DNA from: Pseudomonas aeruginosa
GTDB lineage: Bacteria; Pseudomonadota; Gammaproteobacteria; Pseudomonadales; Pseudomonadaceae
Direction of reading: 5' to 3'
Length of the DNA: 32,000 bases
Assembly (NCBI RefSeq): GCF_001457615.1
Contig: NZ_LN831024.1
Span: 1,860,001 to 1,892,000 of the forward strand
Below the pieces are notes generated by a model. It saw only the letters and a list, made by a program, of their open reading frames with translations. It did not search any database and had not been told where the DNA came from. Below are positions 30,148-32,000 of the stretch, piece by piece. Made by a program: the position numbers and the translations under genes. Numbering within the stretch: the first letter of the stretch is position 1; each line of letters opens with the position of its first letter.

Positions 30148-31082
30148 GGGGTGAACTCCTTGGTTTTTTCCCGGCCCAGCAGGTAGTTCGCCGGGTTCTC
30201 TTCCAGGCGCCGGCTGATTCCGCGCAGTGCCGCCAGGGTATCGCGCAGTTCGCTGACCGCCGGGCCCAGCTCGGCGAGTCCCTGGATGCCGCCGTCCAGC
30301 GAGTGGCGATTCTCGCTGATCAACTGGTCGAGGGTGGCGCTGGTGCGCTCCAGCGAAGCCATGGTCTTGTTGGCGTTTTCCAGCATCCCCTTGCCTTGCT
30401 CGTTGAGCAGGCCGTTGGCGCTGCGCATCAACTCGCTGGCCTGGGCCAGGGCGGCGTTGGCCTGCCTGCTCGCCTGGGCCAACTGCTGCATCACCGCGCT
30501 GACGTTCTCGCGCTCGGCGGAGAGCGCGCCGGTGGCCTGGTCGAGATGGTCGAGGGTGCGGCTGATGCGCGCTGTGTTTTCCTCGGAGAGCAGGTTGCTG
30601 AAGCGCGCGATGAGCTGGTTGATGTTGCCCATCAGGTCTTCGCCGTTGCTCAGTAACTGGGTCAGCGGCGAGGGCGTGGCGACGATCACCGGGATCTTCC
30701 CGTCCTTGCCCTCCAGCATCGGGCTGGCGGGCGTGCCGCTGCTGAGCTGGATGATCGAGGTGCCGGTGATCCCGGTGAGCGCCAGCTTGGCGGTGGTGTC
30801 CTGCTTGATCGGCGCGCTGGCCACCACGCGGATGCGTGCCCAGACCTTGCGCGGGTCCTTCGGATCGAGGCGGAGGAAGGCCACGTCGCCGACCTTGATC
30901 CCGCTGTACTGCACCGAGCTGCCCTGGGAAAGGCCGCTGACCGCTTCGTTGAAGACGATGTCGTAGTAGTTGAACTTGCCCTCCGAGCCGGACTTGGCCA
31001 GCCACAGGCCGAAGAGCAGGGCGGCGCCGATCACGATCACGCTGAACAGGCCGATCAACACATGGTGGGCTCGGGTTTCCAT
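30144..31082 (-). CDS. MCE (MlaD) family protein
   Basis: 312 aa; single N-terminal TM followed by YYDIVFNEAVSGLSQGSSVQYSGIKVGDVAFLRLD...LTGITGTSIIQL MCE domain; ATGA overlap with the lipoprotein gene. Confidence 0.93.
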   Translation of the reverse strand: METRAHHVLIGLFSVIVIGAALLFGLWLAKSGSEGKFNYYDIVFNEAVSGLSQGSSVQYSGIKVGDVAFLRLDPKDPRKVWARIRVVASAPIKQDTTAKLALTGITGTSIIQLSSGTPASPMLEGKDGKIPVIVATPSPLTQLLSNGEDLMGNINQLIARFSNLLSEENTARISRTLDHLDQATGALSAERENVSAVMQQLAQASRQANAALAQASELMRSANGLLNEQGKGMLENANKTMASLERTSATLDQLISENRHSLDGGIQGLAELGPAVSELRDTLAALRGISRRLEENPANYLLGREKTKEFTP

Positions 31083-31083
31083 C

Positions 31084-31878
31084 TCAGTGATTCTCCGGCA
31101 CGGCGGCGGCTTGGTGGGCGGCGCGCCCGCGCGGCCCGTGGAAGTATTCGCGGACCCAGGCGTCGTCGGTGGCGGCGACCCGTTCCAGGGTATCGACTAC
31201 CAGGACCTTCTTCTGCGACAGCACGGCGACCCGGTCGCAGATGGTGTACAGGGTGTCCAGGTCATGGGTGACCAGGAACACGGTCAGGCCGAGGGCGTCG
31301 CGCAGGGTACGGATCAGGTTGTCGAAGGCCGCCGCGCCGATCGGGTCGAGGCCGGCGGTGGGCTCGTCGAGGAACAGGATGTCCGGGTCCAGCGCCAGGG
31401 CGCGGGCCAGGGCGGCGCGCTTGATCATGCCGCCGGAAAGCGAGGCCGGATACTTGTCGCCGGCGTTGGCCGGTAGCCCGGCCAGGGCCAGCTTGACCTG
31501 GGCCAGGTGCTCGGCGTCGGCGCGCGGCAGGCCGGCGTTCTCGATCAGCGGCAGGGCGACGTTCTCCACCACGGTAAGCGAGGAAAACAGCGCGCCCTGC
31601 TGGAACAGCACGCCGAAGCGCCGTTCGACCAGGGAGCGGCGCTCCTCTGGCAGTTGCAGCAGGTCTTCGCCGAACACCCGCACGCTGCCGGAGGTCGGCC
31701 GGCGCAGGCCGACGATGCTGCGCAGCAGCACCGACTTGCCGGTGCCGGAGCCGCCGACCACGCCGAGGATCTCGCCGCGACGGACGTCGAGGTCGAGGTG
31801 CTCGTGGACCGCCTGGGCGCCGAAACGGTTGCACAGGTCGCGGACCTGGATGATCGCCTGCGGGTTGTCCTGGTTCAC
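31084..31878 (-). CDS. ABC transporter ATP-binding protein (MlaF-like)
   Basis: 264 aa, GTG start; VVGGSGTGKSVLLRSIVGL, LSGGMIKRAALARALALDPDILFLDEPTAGLDP. Confidence 0.94.
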   Translation of the reverse strand: MNQDNPQAIIQVRDLCNRFGAQAVHEHLDLDVRRGEILGVVGGSGTGKSVLLRSIVGLRRPTSGSVRVFGEDLLQLPEERRSLVERRFGVLFQQGALFSSLTVVENVALPLIENAGLPRADAEHLAQVKLALAGLPANAGDKYPASLSGGMIKRAALARALALDPDILFLDEPTAGLDPIGAAAFDNLIRTLRDALGLTVFLVTHDLDTLYTICDRVAVLSQKKVLVVDTLERVAATDDAWVREYFHGPRGRAAHQAAAVPENH

Positions 31879-32000
31879 CAGCCCATCTCCATGAAGAACA
31901 GCGCGGCGAGGGCGTCGAGCAGGATCACCACGAAGATCGAGTGGACCACGCTGGTGGTGGTGTGCTCGCCCACCGACTGGGCGCTGCCGCTGACCTTGAA
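31875..32000 (-). CDS. MlaE-like ABC transporter permease (C-terminal fragment, truncated by window edge)
   Basis: Minus-strand translation FKVSGSAQSVGEHTTTSVVHSIFVVILLDALAALFFMEMGW*; matches the MlaE C-terminus and overlaps the ATPase start by 3 nt. Confidence 0.88.
   Translation of the reverse strand, partial: FKVSGSAQSVGEHTTTSVVHSIFVVILLDALAALFFMEMGW

Overview
This 32 kb window is GC-rich and densely coding. It looks like an ordinary chromosomal backbone segment of Pseudomonas aeruginosa. Gene content and order match, from memory and not by search, the PAO1 region running from rluA-minEDC (about PA3246-PA3243) to an MCE/Mla-like ABC transporter cluster (about PA3214-PA3211). I annotate about 36 protein-coding genes, one of them truncated at the right edge. 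They include rluA, minEDC, an htrB/lpxL acyltransferase, a patatin, a pirin, an MlaA/VacJ-like protein, a betX-like binding protein, yjcH-actP, a cNMP/CBS/DUF294 protein coupled to a DnaQ-like exonuclease, an ABC exporter, ppiA, azoR3, csaA, a plcP-agt lipid-remodelling pair, cyaB and the MCE cluster. I found no tRNA, rRNA, CRISPR array, transposase, integrase or convincing new defence system. The most informative non-coding signals are: (1) four Pho-box-like half-sites at exact 11-bp spacing upstream of the plcP-agt pair; (2) an ACGACT-AA-AGTCGT palindrome upstream of yjcH-actP; (3) tandem REP-like palindromes at about 14.78-14.88 kb; (4) several strong intrinsic terminators; (5) an AT-rich island with a palindrome before azoR3.
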